Part shown: positions 10,571 through 19,874 of the stretch, piece after piece
How positions within the stretch are numbered: position 1 is the first letter of the stretch
Layout of the letters: each line of letters opens with the position of its first letter
Source of the DNA: Nitrososphaeraceae archaeon
GTDB lineage: Archaea > Thermoproteota > Nitrososphaeria > Nitrososphaerales > Nitrososphaeraceae
Length of the DNA: 24,000 bases
Assembly (NCBI GenBank): GCA_036522495.1
Contig: DATDFS010000255.1
Coordinates: 1-24,000, forward strand
Direction of reading: 5' to 3'
Notes under the pieces: generated by a model
What the model was told of the DNA's origin: nothing
The model's input: the letters and a program-made list of their open reading frames with translations, nothing else
Databases searched by the model: none
Program-made: the position numbers and the translations under genes

Positions 10571-11153
10571 CAGAGCCATCTATATCTCTTTCATTGTAAT
10601 CTTTCTAAATGATACTGTAAACTGATATAATCTTGTAATGATCCATTGCCGATAGACTCACAAATTTGCTATTTAGTCAACAGTGGATTGGATTTCTACC
10701 AGGCATTACCAATCATCTACTTGAATTTCACGTCCATTATTGGCTGCAATCATTGGATCATTATTTGGATATGGGAAACGGCTGAATTGTCTGTTTTATA
10801 TTTATCTTCCAATCCATTTAAGTATAAAATTACCACATATTTCCTTGGTGTAACATAAAAGCCTCATTCATCCTTCTGATTGAAAAGCATCTTCTTCTTT
10901 TAGTACAAATTTACCGTGTCCGGCCATCTGACAATCATTAAATTATTACTATCAAAGATAATTGTAAAATCTCAATTGCTAATCAAATTAAACCTTATTT
11001 AACTATTCAAAGATAGTGTATGCTGATCTGAAGCAGATGTTACAACAAAACACATAGTCCATATCAACTATTACGATACTATGTCTTAAAATCATTGTGA
11101 TTATCAGAATAATTAATCATTTAGAAAATCATCACAAAAAAATAGGAGGTCAC

Positions 11154-12464
11154 TTATGGAAGCAATGGTGCTAAGTCGGGAGGAAGCTGCGGAAATCTTG
11201 GAGGCTGTGGTAATTCTGGAAGTGGTCCTAAACCAGGCCGCTGGGGTTGTTGGATTTGTGAAGATGTATTTGGTCTAGGTTGCAGAGTTGCTGTTAGATC
11301 CATTACCTTTCCAGATCTATTTACTGTAAGCTTAATGTTGTCTCCTACCCTCTTATGCGACTCGATATAGTTGATTATATCATCAATCTGTCTTGTAGGA
11401 TGTCCATCTATTGCTGTTATGATATCGCCAATGTGTGTGTTAGAACCACTCATGTCCTGAGTAGTCGCCTGCAGCCCTGCTTTGTCGGCAGGGCTTCCAG
11501 ACTGAACTGATCCTACTACCGCACCTTTGTAATTTGCAGGTAACCCTGCACTCTTAGTTATAACAGGAGTTATTTTTCCACCAGATATTCCAAGCCATGG
11601 ATGAATATAAGTTCCATTTTTTATAAGCAACGGTACTTCTTTAGTGATTGTATTTGAAGGAATTGCAAATCCTATTCCAGAGTAAGATCCGGTTCTAGAA
11701 AGTATAGCAGTATTCATTCCAACAACCTGTCCTTGCATATTCAGTAAAGGCCCACCTGAATTGCCAGGATTAATTGCAGCGTCTGTCTGAATTCCATTTG
11801 GTATGGAAAATCCAGTATCTGGATTTGGCAATAATCTTCCTTGTGCGCTGACAATACCTGTTGTTATAGTACCACTAAGTCCAAACGGATTACCAATAGC
11901 TACTACTGGTTCGGCAGTTCTTATATTAGAAGAGTTTGCAATTGGAAGTGGTATAACTTTCTCTTCTGAAAAATTATCTGTAATCTGCAGTATGGCTAGA
12001 TCTGCAGAAGCATCTTTTCCTATAACTTTTGCAGAGTACGTGTTTCCGTCAGTAAATGTCACATCTGCGTTCGTTGCATTTGCTACAACATGATAGTTAG
12101 TAATTATATCTCCTTGTTTATCGTATACAAATCCCGAACCCAACGCTGTACTTTTTCCGCTTGCAGGGATACCATTTATAATAATGACCTGATTAGGGTC
12201 AGACCTTGTACTTGTTATTTGAACTACAGAGTTTTCTACTCTCTTGAAGACATCAGGTAATGAAGTAGCAGAAGACACTGAGGGTGAAGATGAAGTAGAA
12301 TAAGCAGAGTGGTTTGCTAGGTATGTTGATAATGGTTGAAGTTTTTGTTGTTGTGCCATGATGGAGTGCAGTGGGATAATCAAAACTGCTGCTGATGATG
12401 CGATTATAGTAGTTCCAATTACTCCCACTAATAATAAAATTGCTTTTCTAACATTATCTACCAT
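11154..12464 (-). CDS. HtrA/DegP-family serine protease with N-terminal membrane anchor, one PDZ domain and a proline-rich C-terminal tail
   Basis: Trypsin-like triad context: ITNYHVV (His), DLAILQ (Asp), GNSGGPLL (Ser). A PDZ-like segment follows (GAVVGSVQSGSPADKAGLQ...GDIITAIDG). N-terminal TM segment AILLLVGVIGTTIIASSAAVLII. Tail reads QPQRPGLGPLPELPQPPRFPQLPPDLAPLLP. Confidence 0.9.
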   Translation of the reverse strand: MVDNVRKAILLLVGVIGTTIIASSAAVLIIPLHSIMAQQQKLQPLSTYLANHSAYSTSSSPSVSSATSLPDVFKRVENSVVQITSTRSDPNQVIIINGIPASGKSTALGSGFVYDKQGDIITNYHVVANATNADVTFTDGNTYSAKVIGKDASADLAILQITDNFSEEKVIPLPIANSSNIRTAEPVVAIGNPFGLSGTITTGIVSAQGRLLPNPDTGFSIPNGIQTDAAINPGNSGGPLLNMQGQVVGMNTAILSRTGSYSGIGFAIPSNTITKEVPLLIKNGTYIHPWLGISGGKITPVITKSAGLPANYKGAVVGSVQSGSPADKAGLQATTQDMSGSNTHIGDIITAIDGHPTRQIDDIINYIESHKRVGDNIKLTVNRSGKVMDLTATLQPRPNTSSQIQQPQRPGLGPLPELPQPPRFPQLPPDLAPLLP

Positions 12465-13309
12465 AGGTTATTTCACTGAAAGGAAGGACATTGAATCTAA
12501 TTAAACCATTGCCTAACGTTGTCATTTAACATGGTTGATGCCAAGCAGTATGACTGATCTTCCAATGGCAATCATAAAAGGCAGTAGGATATGATTAGTG
12601 GCAACAGACTGGTGGATGTGATCCATATCGTACTACAATGACGCATCTCTCCATGACTCTTCTACTACCATTTTCAAACAGCCACCATTGGATTATTAAA
12701 GAAATGGCCACAAGAAGACATAATTTTGTACTTGCTTCTTGTTTGAATTAGATGTATAAGGATTACTGTATATTTATACAACCTATTTATTGCAGCTATT
12801 CTAATTATCATAAGAGGTATTGTCACGTTATTTTTAGTGCTTCAATAAATATATTTCCTTGTCAAGAAGGTCCTTATTTTCTACCATAGCTTAGTCATAA
12901 TGGCAGCTTAAGAATTCCATTTTAAAGCAGGAGGTCTCAGGTCTAAAATAGATATTAGTGTCTAGATGTGGTAGCAGTTGCAAATTGATAAATAGATAGG
13001 AATCTAGTTTACTGCTTCAATTAATTTGAAAGGAGAATTTAGCTGCATTTTGAGATATCAATCTATCGTTTTACAGGATTAACATACAATTATGTCAATA
13101 TAGCGATCACCATAATATAATATGCACATATTCAGCAAATACTTATCCTCTATAACATTGTCCTTAGATTAGCGGAGCTAATATATAGTAGAAATTGCAA
13201 TTTAGTATCAGTTTCCTTCATAATGGATAGTGAAAAGCAACGCCAGAGCATTGTTTTCTGATTCGTCCATGGTTAAACAAATGAGAATGGGAGAACAAAA
13301 GAGAAGAGA

Positions 13310-13897
13310 ATGTTGCCCATACAAAATATATTTCTATTATCTTTATTGATGGCAATGCCTTTATTATCAATCACCACCGTCCAAAAAATTGCATTAGCAC
13401 AAACGAACGATGGTAATTTCTTGAAATATGAAAGTCCCACTTATGGATTTAAAATACAATATCCATCAAATTGGGAAAAGTTAGAATTCGCTCTAGGAAT
13501 TGAGGAGGAACATCGCAATATCGTTGTTAATTTTCTCTCACCAGCAGGAGGTGCGTCGAATGCATTTAGAGAATATCTTATAATAGAAGTCAGGAATTTA
13601 ACATCTCAGGATACATCACTGGGTCAGTATATCGACACACAAATTAATTTAAGACAAGCTTTGCCAAATTTTAGTCTTAGTGAATCAACTCCAACAAGCC
13701 TTGCAGGAGGTTATCCAGCACACAAAATAATCTATACCTATAGTAATCCTATTGTAGGAATAACTAAAGCAATGGAGATTTTGACAATAAAGCATGATAA
13801 GCTATATTTTCTTTCATACAGTGGAGACGCAACAAAATACGGTATTTACTTGCCAATCGTACAAAAAATGATTGATTCATTCCAGATAACTAAATAA
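13310..13897 (+). CDS. Secreted or exported protein of unknown function (possibly PsbP/Mog1-like fold family common in soil AOA)
   Basis: N-terminal signal-like segment IFLLSLLMAMPLLSITTVQKIALAQ. The mature part begins FLKYESPTYGFKIQYPSNWEK, a motif I associate with PsbP-like extracellular proteins. No catalytic motif recognised. Confidence 0.6.
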   Translation: MLPIQNIFLLSLLMAMPLLSITTVQKIALAQTNDGNFLKYESPTYGFKIQYPSNWEKLEFALGIEEEHRNIVVNFLSPAGGASNAFREYLIIEVRNLTSQDTSLGQYIDTQINLRQALPNFSLSESTPTSLAGGYPAHKIIYTYSNPIVGITKAMEILTIKHDKLYFLSYSGDATKYGIYLPIVQKMIDSFQITK

Positions 13898-14397
13898 TTG
13901 AAATGATAAAAAATATACCCCTTGGATTCATAGTGGAACAGCATTCCGTCTTTACACCAATCATTTCCAAATTACGACTCGTATAACGCCAGAGGTATCA
14001 AAACCTGCTTTTTTAGACTAAATTATGATATTTACTATCATTGAAAAATAAATAGAACTTTCTTGCGTATTTTATAAGGACTATTTTTCACCATATTCAA
14101 CTGCAAAATATAACAGCTTTAGATACACGTGTAGCAACAGCATTAGCTGTTTTGCTAATTGCTAATATAATTTTTCAATTTACTTAAACTACAGCTCGTG
14201 TTATCATACATCAATTTTAATTTCTGGTTTTTATTGGTTTTGATCCATTTCTCTTGTCTACGGTTTATGCGAATGTCTTCCAAATCTATAGGTCTCTCAG
14301 ATCATCGTTTGGGTGTCATTAATCTCTGATCCATAGATGAATTGTTTACAAATACTCATTCATCAGGTATCATATTCCAAGGAATGATGTGTGTTTT

Positions 14398-15768
14398 TCA
14401 CTTTATCTCTTTTACAAACGTATTGTATATAGATAGAGCATCTTCTTCGTCTTTCGCACCAACTATTGTTGCAGCACCACTCGTCAAGAAACTAACAGAC
14501 AATTTACCGGCATTATTACTTATCGCAGTTATTCCCAAATTACCTCTAGTTTTGACTTGATACCCTAACGCTTGTGCATTCTTTACTATTCCTATCAGAC
14601 TAATTGGTGAAGATAGCTCTGATGGAGTAACAGTATAGGTTCTCTTACCGCTATCTCTCCCACAAAGCTCTTCAATTATCAACTGCTGCTGTGCAATTAG
14701 CTTCACTTCCTTTATTTCCTTCTTTGAACCACATGAAGGACATTCCTCCTGTCTAAAGACATGGATCTTGTCAAATGAAAGTTCGTTTAAGTCGATATAA
14801 AGCAATTTGTTCACAAGTGTTGGTTGCTGTCCTGTGATTATCTTAATTGTTTCTGATACTTGGACACCGCTCACTAGATATAATATTGACGGATGTACTC
14901 CTTCAGTGCTGCAAGTCGGCATATCATCCTCAGCCAATGCGGGGAATATACATCGTAAACATGCAGATTTATTAGGAAGGATAGTGCAAACTGAACCTAG
15001 CATTCCTAATGCTCCCGCATAAATAAAGGGGATGTCGAATTTAATGCATGCATCGTTTAATGCATATCTTGCATCAATGCTATCAAGCGCGTCAATAACA
15101 ACATCAAACCCTTTGATAATACTTTCAGCTGTATATTTACTAACAGAAACTGGAACAGCTTCGATTTCAACTGTGGGATTTATCCCTTTCAAACGTTCTA
15201 CTGCTACTTCAACCTTGACTTTACCAATGTCATTCTCCGTGTAAAGATGTTGTCTATGTAAATTTGAAATCTCTATTACATCTCTATCAACTATTTTTAG
15301 TTTGCCAATACCCATTGCGGTTAATTGCGTTACAATAGGATTTCCAATTCCGCCAACTCCAATCACGCAAATTTTAGAGTCGCGCAGTTTTTCCATTCCA
15401 GTAAATCCTATTTCTTCAAGCATTATCTGTCTTGAATAGCGTTGTAAATCTTCGTTTGTAAGTTTCGCTCCACCTGCCACTGCTGGTAATATATACACAG
15501 AATCACCATCCGAAAGCGATTTTGCCATACCATCAGTACTGAAGCGCATGTTCTTGCCATTGATATAAATATTAATTAGAGCACGCGGTTTGCCATTAAG
15601 ATCGAATACTCTTCGCTTAAAATCCTCTCCCATAAAGTCAGAAATTTTCGTGAATGCGTCATGTAAGTTGCTAGCTTCTAACGGAACCTTCTTTTCTCCA
15701 GCACCTCTGTTCAAGACGGAGGGGATTATGAATTCAACTCTAGCCATTTTATCTGTTCCCACCATCAT
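14398..15768 (-). CDS. Fusion protein: N-terminal MoaD/ThiS-like ubiquitin-fold domain ending in internal Gly-Gly, MoeB/ThiF-type E1 adenylyltransferase, and an unassigned C-terminal domain of about 100 aa
   Basis: Residues 8-100 read ARVEFIIPSVL...INIYINGKNMRF...LSDGDSVYILPAVAGG, the typical MoaD/ThiS C-terminus. The E1 opening RYSRQIML follows directly. Then come the nucleotide loop ICVIGVGGIGN, DRDVIEISNLHRQ, CLRC (270-273) and CPSC (343-346) zinc motifs, and PTCSTEGV (Cys286). Residues about 356-456 have no motif I recognise and do not form a rhodanese domain. Possible starts are ATG at 15768, 15765 or 15747; the last has a GGTGG Shine-Dalgarno-like element upstream. Confidence 0.85.
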   Translation of the reverse strand: MMVGTDKMARVEFIIPSVLNRGAGEKKVPLEASNLHDAFTKISDFMGEDFKRRVFDLNGKPRALINIYINGKNMRFSTDGMAKSLSDGDSVYILPAVAGGAKLTNEDLQRYSRQIMLEEIGFTGMEKLRDSKICVIGVGGIGNPIVTQLTAMGIGKLKIVDRDVIEISNLHRQHLYTENDIGKVKVEVAVERLKGINPTVEIEAVPVSVSKYTAESIIKGFDVVIDALDSIDARYALNDACIKFDIPFIYAGALGMLGSVCTILPNKSACLRCIFPALAEDDMPTCSTEGVHPSILYLVSGVQVSETIKIITGQQPTLVNKLLYIDLNELSFDKIHVFRQEECPSCGSKKEIKEVKLIAQQQLIIEELCGRDSGKRTYTVTPSELSSPISLIGIVKNAQALGYQVKTRGNLGITAISNNAGKLSVSFLTSGAATIVGAKDEEDALSIYNTFVKEIK

Positions 15769-15782
15769 ATATACGCATATGG

Positions 15783-17006
15783 TTATCTAATCATCGCTGA
15801 AACTAATTGAACATCTGGTTTTACAGCTTTAAGTTTAGGAAGTACATCTATAATTGCTTCGGTAGACTTGAGCCCGTTGCCAGTGATATAGCAAACTACC
15901 GTTTCATCATTATCGATCTCGCCATCTTCAATTAGCTTTCTGAGTACTGCTACTGAAACCCCTCCAGCTGGTTCCGTAAATATGCCTTCCGTTTTAGCGA
16001 GTCTCAATATTCCATCAATAATTTCTTCATCAGTAGCCTCTTCTGCAATTCCATTATATTGTCTTAATCTTTTCAATACGTATAATCCGTCTCCTGGATC
16101 CCCTATTGCAAGACTTTTCGCAATCGTTTCTGGTCTTTCGACTGGAATAACATCATTACTTTTTCTCTTGAAAGCAGAGACCACTGGAGCACATCCATGA
16201 GGCTGTGCAGCAGTAATCTTCAGATTTGCCACATTATTGATGAATCCTAATCTTTCTAATTCTTCGAAGCCTTTGCAAATTGCATTTAACATCGCACCGC
16301 TTCCAACCGGAATTATTAGATGGTCAGGAACCTGCCAATTCATCTGCTCAGCTACTTCGAAAGCAAGTGTCTTTGAGCCTTCGACATAGTATGGCCGCAT
16401 ATTTATGTTCACAATTCCAATACCTTTCGAGTCACCAATTACTGAAGCAACTCTATTGGCATCATCATATGTTCCATCCACTGTAACAAATTCAGCGCCA
16501 TATGATAATGCTTGTGATATTTTAACGTGCTCAATATCAGAAGGGGCAAAAATATAGCATGGCAGTTCTGCTTTAGCAGCATGAGCTGCTGTTGCTGAAG
16601 CAAGGTTACCTGTAGATGCACAGCCTACCGCCTTTAATTTGATTTCTTTAGCTCGTGAGACAGCTACTCCTGCAGGTCTATCTTTGAACGAGAACGTGGG
16701 ATTTACAGAATCATTTTTAATATAGAGGTTTTTCAGGCCGCCTATTTCTTTACCGAGTCTATTAGCATGTTGCAGAGGAGTAAAACCAGCATTCAGATTT
16801 ACAATATTGCCTTTATCAGCAATCGGAAGTAGTTCGAAATAGCGCCAATAAGTTTTATCTTGTCTTGATACAAAGATATCCTTTCGTACATTAGAAGTAT
16901 CATAAATAACATCAAGCGGACCAAAACACTCTTCGCATATGTATCTGAATTGAGGTTCGTATTTTTTGCCACATTCTCTGCACTTTAAAGATTGTATAAT
17001 GCCCAT
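15783..17006 (-). CDS. Threonine synthase family PLP enzyme with N-terminal zinc ribbon (ThrC or ThrC-like)
   Basis: CRECG...CEEC zinc ribbon (C9, C12, C24, C27). PLP-lysine motif NPTFSFKDRPA (K108). GCASTGN and PVGSGAM loops. 407 aa. Its stop lies 14 nt (or 35 nt) upstream of the Ubl-E1 start on the same strand. True ThrC versus paralog cannot be decided by eye. Confidence 0.85.
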   Translation of the reverse strand: MGIIQSLKCRECGKKYEPQFRYICEECFGPLDVIYDTSNVRKDIFVSRQDKTYWRYFELLPIADKGNIVNLNAGFTPLQHANRLGKEIGGLKNLYIKNDSVNPTFSFKDRPAGVAVSRAKEIKLKAVGCASTGNLASATAAHAAKAELPCYIFAPSDIEHVKISQALSYGAEFVTVDGTYDDANRVASVIGDSKGIGIVNINMRPYYVEGSKTLAFEVAEQMNWQVPDHLIIPVGSGAMLNAICKGFEELERLGFINNVANLKITAAQPHGCAPVVSAFKRKSNDVIPVERPETIAKSLAIGDPGDGLYVLKRLRQYNGIAEEATDEEIIDGILRLAKTEGIFTEPAGGVSVAVLRKLIEDGEIDNDETVVCYITGNGLKSTEAIIDVLPKLKAVKPDVQLVSAMIR

Positions 17007-17176
17007 GACTTTTGACTACCACCTATCTATCAATGTTATAGATAAGGCTCACTAAGCACAATTTTAATATTACTAAATTTTTTTCTACAAAAATATCTAT
17101 ACTACTTAACTGTATTCATTATAATAATTTCCAGAAGAATATTAATTAGTTTAAATTTTTAAAAAATAATCTTATT

Positions 17177-17521
17177 TTATTTCTTTTCTAATAGATTATG
17201 AAAACATGATCGATTACCGGTGTGACAGGCGGGAGCCTTTGAATCTACCACATATAACAAGGCGTCAGAATCACAGTCAACCAATATCTTGGTAATACGC
17301 TGGATGTTTCCAGACTCTTCCCCCTTCATCCATAATTTGCTACGGGAAGTACTCCAAAAACAAGCATTTCCTGTTTTTATAGTACAATCAAGTGCCTCTC
17401 TGTTAGCATATGCTAACATAAGGATATCTTTTGTATTTCGGTCTTGAACTATAACAGGTATCAAACCATTTCGTTTTACAAAATCAATTTCTTGTATAGA
17501 CTTAGCATTCATATGCTTCAT
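17177..17521 (-). CDS. hisI: Phosphoribosyl-AMP cyclohydrolase (monofunctional HisI)
   Basis: LIPVIVQD...[40 protein letters not shown] and [10 protein letters not shown] are the conserved HisI motifs, including the Cys zinc ligands. Confidence 0.9.
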   Translation of the reverse strand: MKHMNAKSIQEIDFVKRNGLIPVIVQDRNTKDILMLAYANREALDCTIKTGNACFWSTSRSKLWMKGEESGNIQRITKILVDCDSDALLYVVDSKAPACHTGNRSCFHNLLEKK

Positions 17522-18319
17522 ATCATCCTTAGTTGTAATAGGCTAAGGCAAAAATAAACTAACTGTTTATGTGAGAAAACAAATTCAAGTAGGATTAGTC
17601 CACAAATAAGCACCCTTTCTTACAGAATCCTCATGAAAAAGTAAGATATGGGATTCTGATTTAGATGAGTCGCTTACAAAGGTTAACAATATGATTAACC
17701 ACATGTCTCAAGTTAAAGTATCCTCACTATCATATGCGTAGCTCAGTTGACTAAGTTAGATCAATTTCATACAATATCTAATGGAAATATTAACAAAATA
17801 AATATATTTATTTGGAATAAAAATTACCAATTGACACCGGTTGGCCTCTGATGTTCTTTGTGTTCTAGTTTCTTGTGCCGTTCCTTGTCCCGTTCTGTTG
17901 TAAGTATGATGCCACATATCTCAAACTTAATGTTTGGAGAGGAATAGCTGGTTTCTTATTTCTGTTGTCATTACCCACTACGTTTTATCAAAGTAGGTTT
18001 TCAAGAAGATGGCTACTGATAGTTACATAAGACCGAATTAGAATCAATATAAAATTCAACAGAATTTAAAAAGATTGAATAATTAGTTCTAAATTCTTCC
18101 AATTATGAAACTGCATATTGATTGTGATTCATAATTAATAAAATATCAGATAAATATGATAAATCCTATAAAATCTTAGTTATATGTCAATAATGCATAA
18201 TTCATGATAGTAGCCAACGATAAACTGAAAATATAATGTTCTTAACGATATTACTATGTTAAGCAAACTACTCATCATAGTTAAATAACTACAACAATTT
18301 ATTGTACTAAAGAAACGTG

Positions 18320-19684
18320 ATGAACATCATCAAGGACCACCCTTGTGAAATTCTACATATTGGATTTGATGATACCGATTCAACATTAAGTAGATGCACT
18401 ACCCAATTGGCATTTAAAATTACAGATTATTTGTTAAAGGAAGATGCAAAGTTTATTGATTATCCATTGTTAATTAGATTAAATCCAAATGTTCCATGGA
18501 AGACTCGCGGCAATGGTGCTGTATGCCTACGGATTAGTGTAAAAAGCCATGACAAAATAATTGAATGTATAAAACAAAGTATAGAAGAGGGTTCTAACAT
18601 AGGTGCAGGTGCAAACCCAGGTATTGTCTTTTTTAAAGGAGATAAAGTGCCAGATATTATAAAAGAGTTCAGCCGAATTGCAATGTTTGACATCCTAAGC
18701 AGACAAAAAGCAGAAAAGGTTGCAAAAGAACATTTCCTAGAATATGCCGCCTTTGGAAATGGTCAAGGTTTAGTAGGGTCATTGGCTGCAATTGGTTGTT
18801 TATTACAGCGGGATCACACATTTGAAGCCATAGCGTACAGAAAACCAGAATATTGTGGCACCGCTAGAATAGTAGATGTGTCAAAGGTAATTGAATATAG
18901 TAAAAATACATTCCCACACACCTTCAATAACTACGATCAAAATCACAGACGTATATTAATTACACCTCATGGACCCGATCCTGTTTTCTGTGGTATAAGG
19001 GGCGAATGCCCTGAAGTGGTAGTTTCATCACTGGAAAGGTTAGGAATAGAGGAGAAATTAGATGGATATATGGTTTTTCGCTCCAACCAAGGGACTAATA
19101 TGCATTTACAAAACGAATTAAAATTATCACATATCAAAGCTTATACAGCTGGCTATATCCGTTGTAAAATCAGTGCGAAGCCATGCATTATGCAAGGGGG
19201 CCATGCATTATTTGAGATAGAAGACCCTAATGGAACCATCTGCTCAGCTGCAATATATGAGCCAACTGGTTTAACAAGTATCGCTTCAAAGCTCGAAATG
19301 GGCGACTTTATTGAAATTGGATGTGGCGTTAGAAAAGCGACATTAAAACATCCAAAAATTTTGAATATAGAGTATCTTTCCATCTTGAAACTTGTTCAAA
19401 TATACGATATGCTTAATCCCTTATGCAAATCGTGTGGAAAGCGAATGAAATCAGAAGGAAGAAATAAGGGATTCCAGTGTGACAGATGTAAATATAAAGA
19501 CAGGACTAGAAAGAAGATTCGTATACTGCGGAATAGAAATATAAAGACAGGACTATATCTGCCAAGCCCAAAATCACACAGACATTTAACCAAACCTATT
19601 CACAGGTATGGCATGGAAAAGTTGTCTGTAGGTTTTTATCCAAAATCAAATCTATTTGCTAGATGGTTTTATTCTTCTAGATAG
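18320..19684 (+). CDS. tiaS: tRNA(Ile2) 2-agmatinylcytidine synthetase TiaS
   Basis: N-terminal LHIGFDDTDS....CTT motif characteristic of TiaS. Length is about 450 aa. An OB-like middle region is followed by a C-terminal zinc ribbon CKSCGKRMKSEGRNKGFQCDRC. The track start is a GTG at 18317; the ATG at 18320 is adjacent. Confidence 0.85.
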   Translation: MNIIKDHPCEILHIGFDDTDSTLSRCTTQLAFKITDYLLKEDAKFIDYPLLIRLNPNVPWKTRGNGAVCLRISVKSHDKIIECIKQSIEEGSNIGAGANPGIVFFKGDKVPDIIKEFSRIAMFDILSRQKAEKVAKEHFLEYAAFGNGQGLVGSLAAIGCLLQRDHTFEAIAYRKPEYCGTARIVDVSKVIEYSKNTFPHTFNNYDQNHRRILITPHGPDPVFCGIRGECPEVVVSSLERLGIEEKLDGYMVFRSNQGTNMHLQNELKLSHIKAYTAGYIRCKISAKPCIMQGGHALFEIEDPNGTICSAAIYEPTGLTSIASKLEMGDFIEIGCGVRKATLKHPKILNIEYLSILKLVQIYDMLNPLCKSCGKRMKSEGRNKGFQCDRCKYKDRTRKKIRILRNRNIKTGLYLPSPKSHRHLTKPIHRYGMEKLSVGFYPKSNLFARWFYSSR

Positions 19685-19751
19685 GATTATTATTGCAATA
19701 TACATTTCCTAACCATATATAATCCGTCATCTCAATTACAATAAAAAGCAA

Positions 19752-19874
19752 TAGCGGGGGGTTGATTTGAACATACGGCCACATGCCTTACATAATTGTG
19801 GAAACCGCTCTGCGGGTTATGAGCCCGCCGGGATTACCTAGCCTCTATAGGAGATCTGGCTTCCCCACCCCGCT
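19752..19874 (-). tRNA. tRNA-Met (anticodon CAT), initiator-like, with two non-canonical introns (about 18 nt in the D loop, about 30 nt in the T stem)
   Basis: Minus strand: AGCGGGG TG GGGA AGCC[AGATCTCCTATAGAGGCT]AGGTAA TCCC G GCGGG CTCATAA CCCGC AGAGC GGTT[TCCACAATTATGTAAGGCATGTGGCCGTAT]G TTCAAAT CAACC CCCCGCT A. After removing the inserts every stem pairs perfectly and the mature length is 75 nt. A1:U72 and three G:C pairs closing the anticodon loop are archaeal initiator hallmarks. The T-stem insert has an internal CCACA/TGTGG helix. Confidence 0.8.

Noticed and set aside
10646-10858. 70-aa plus-strand ORF
   Set aside because: The composition is odd (Trp/Ile rich) with no motif. It lies in the decayed tail region after the MEDS-like pseudogene.
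11803-12093. 96-aa plus-strand ORF
   Set aside because: It is antisense inside the HtrA protease gene.
14342-16621. Seven track ORFs in other frames or antisense (14342-14560, 14807-15022, 15032-15244, 15590-15790, 15982-16200, 16280-16486, 16439-16621)
   Set aside because: All are embedded in the Ubl-E1 or ThrC-family genes, whose frames carry clear catalytic motifs.
17736-17750. GCGTAGCTCAGTTGA, resembling the 5' acceptor and D-arm start of a tRNA
   Set aside because: No D-stem closure, anticodon arm or T arm follows. I could not pair it with a 3' half in the window, so it is treated as a chance match or tiny relic.
18460-19593. Three minus-strand ORFs inside tiaS
   Set aside because: They are antisense overlaps of a well-supported gene.
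19752-19874. Calling the CAT tRNA next to tiaS tRNA-Ile2
   Set aside because: A1:U72 and the GGG/CCC anticodon stem match archaeal initiator tRNA-Met. I kept it as Met and flagged the ambiguity as a finding to be resolved by isotype models.
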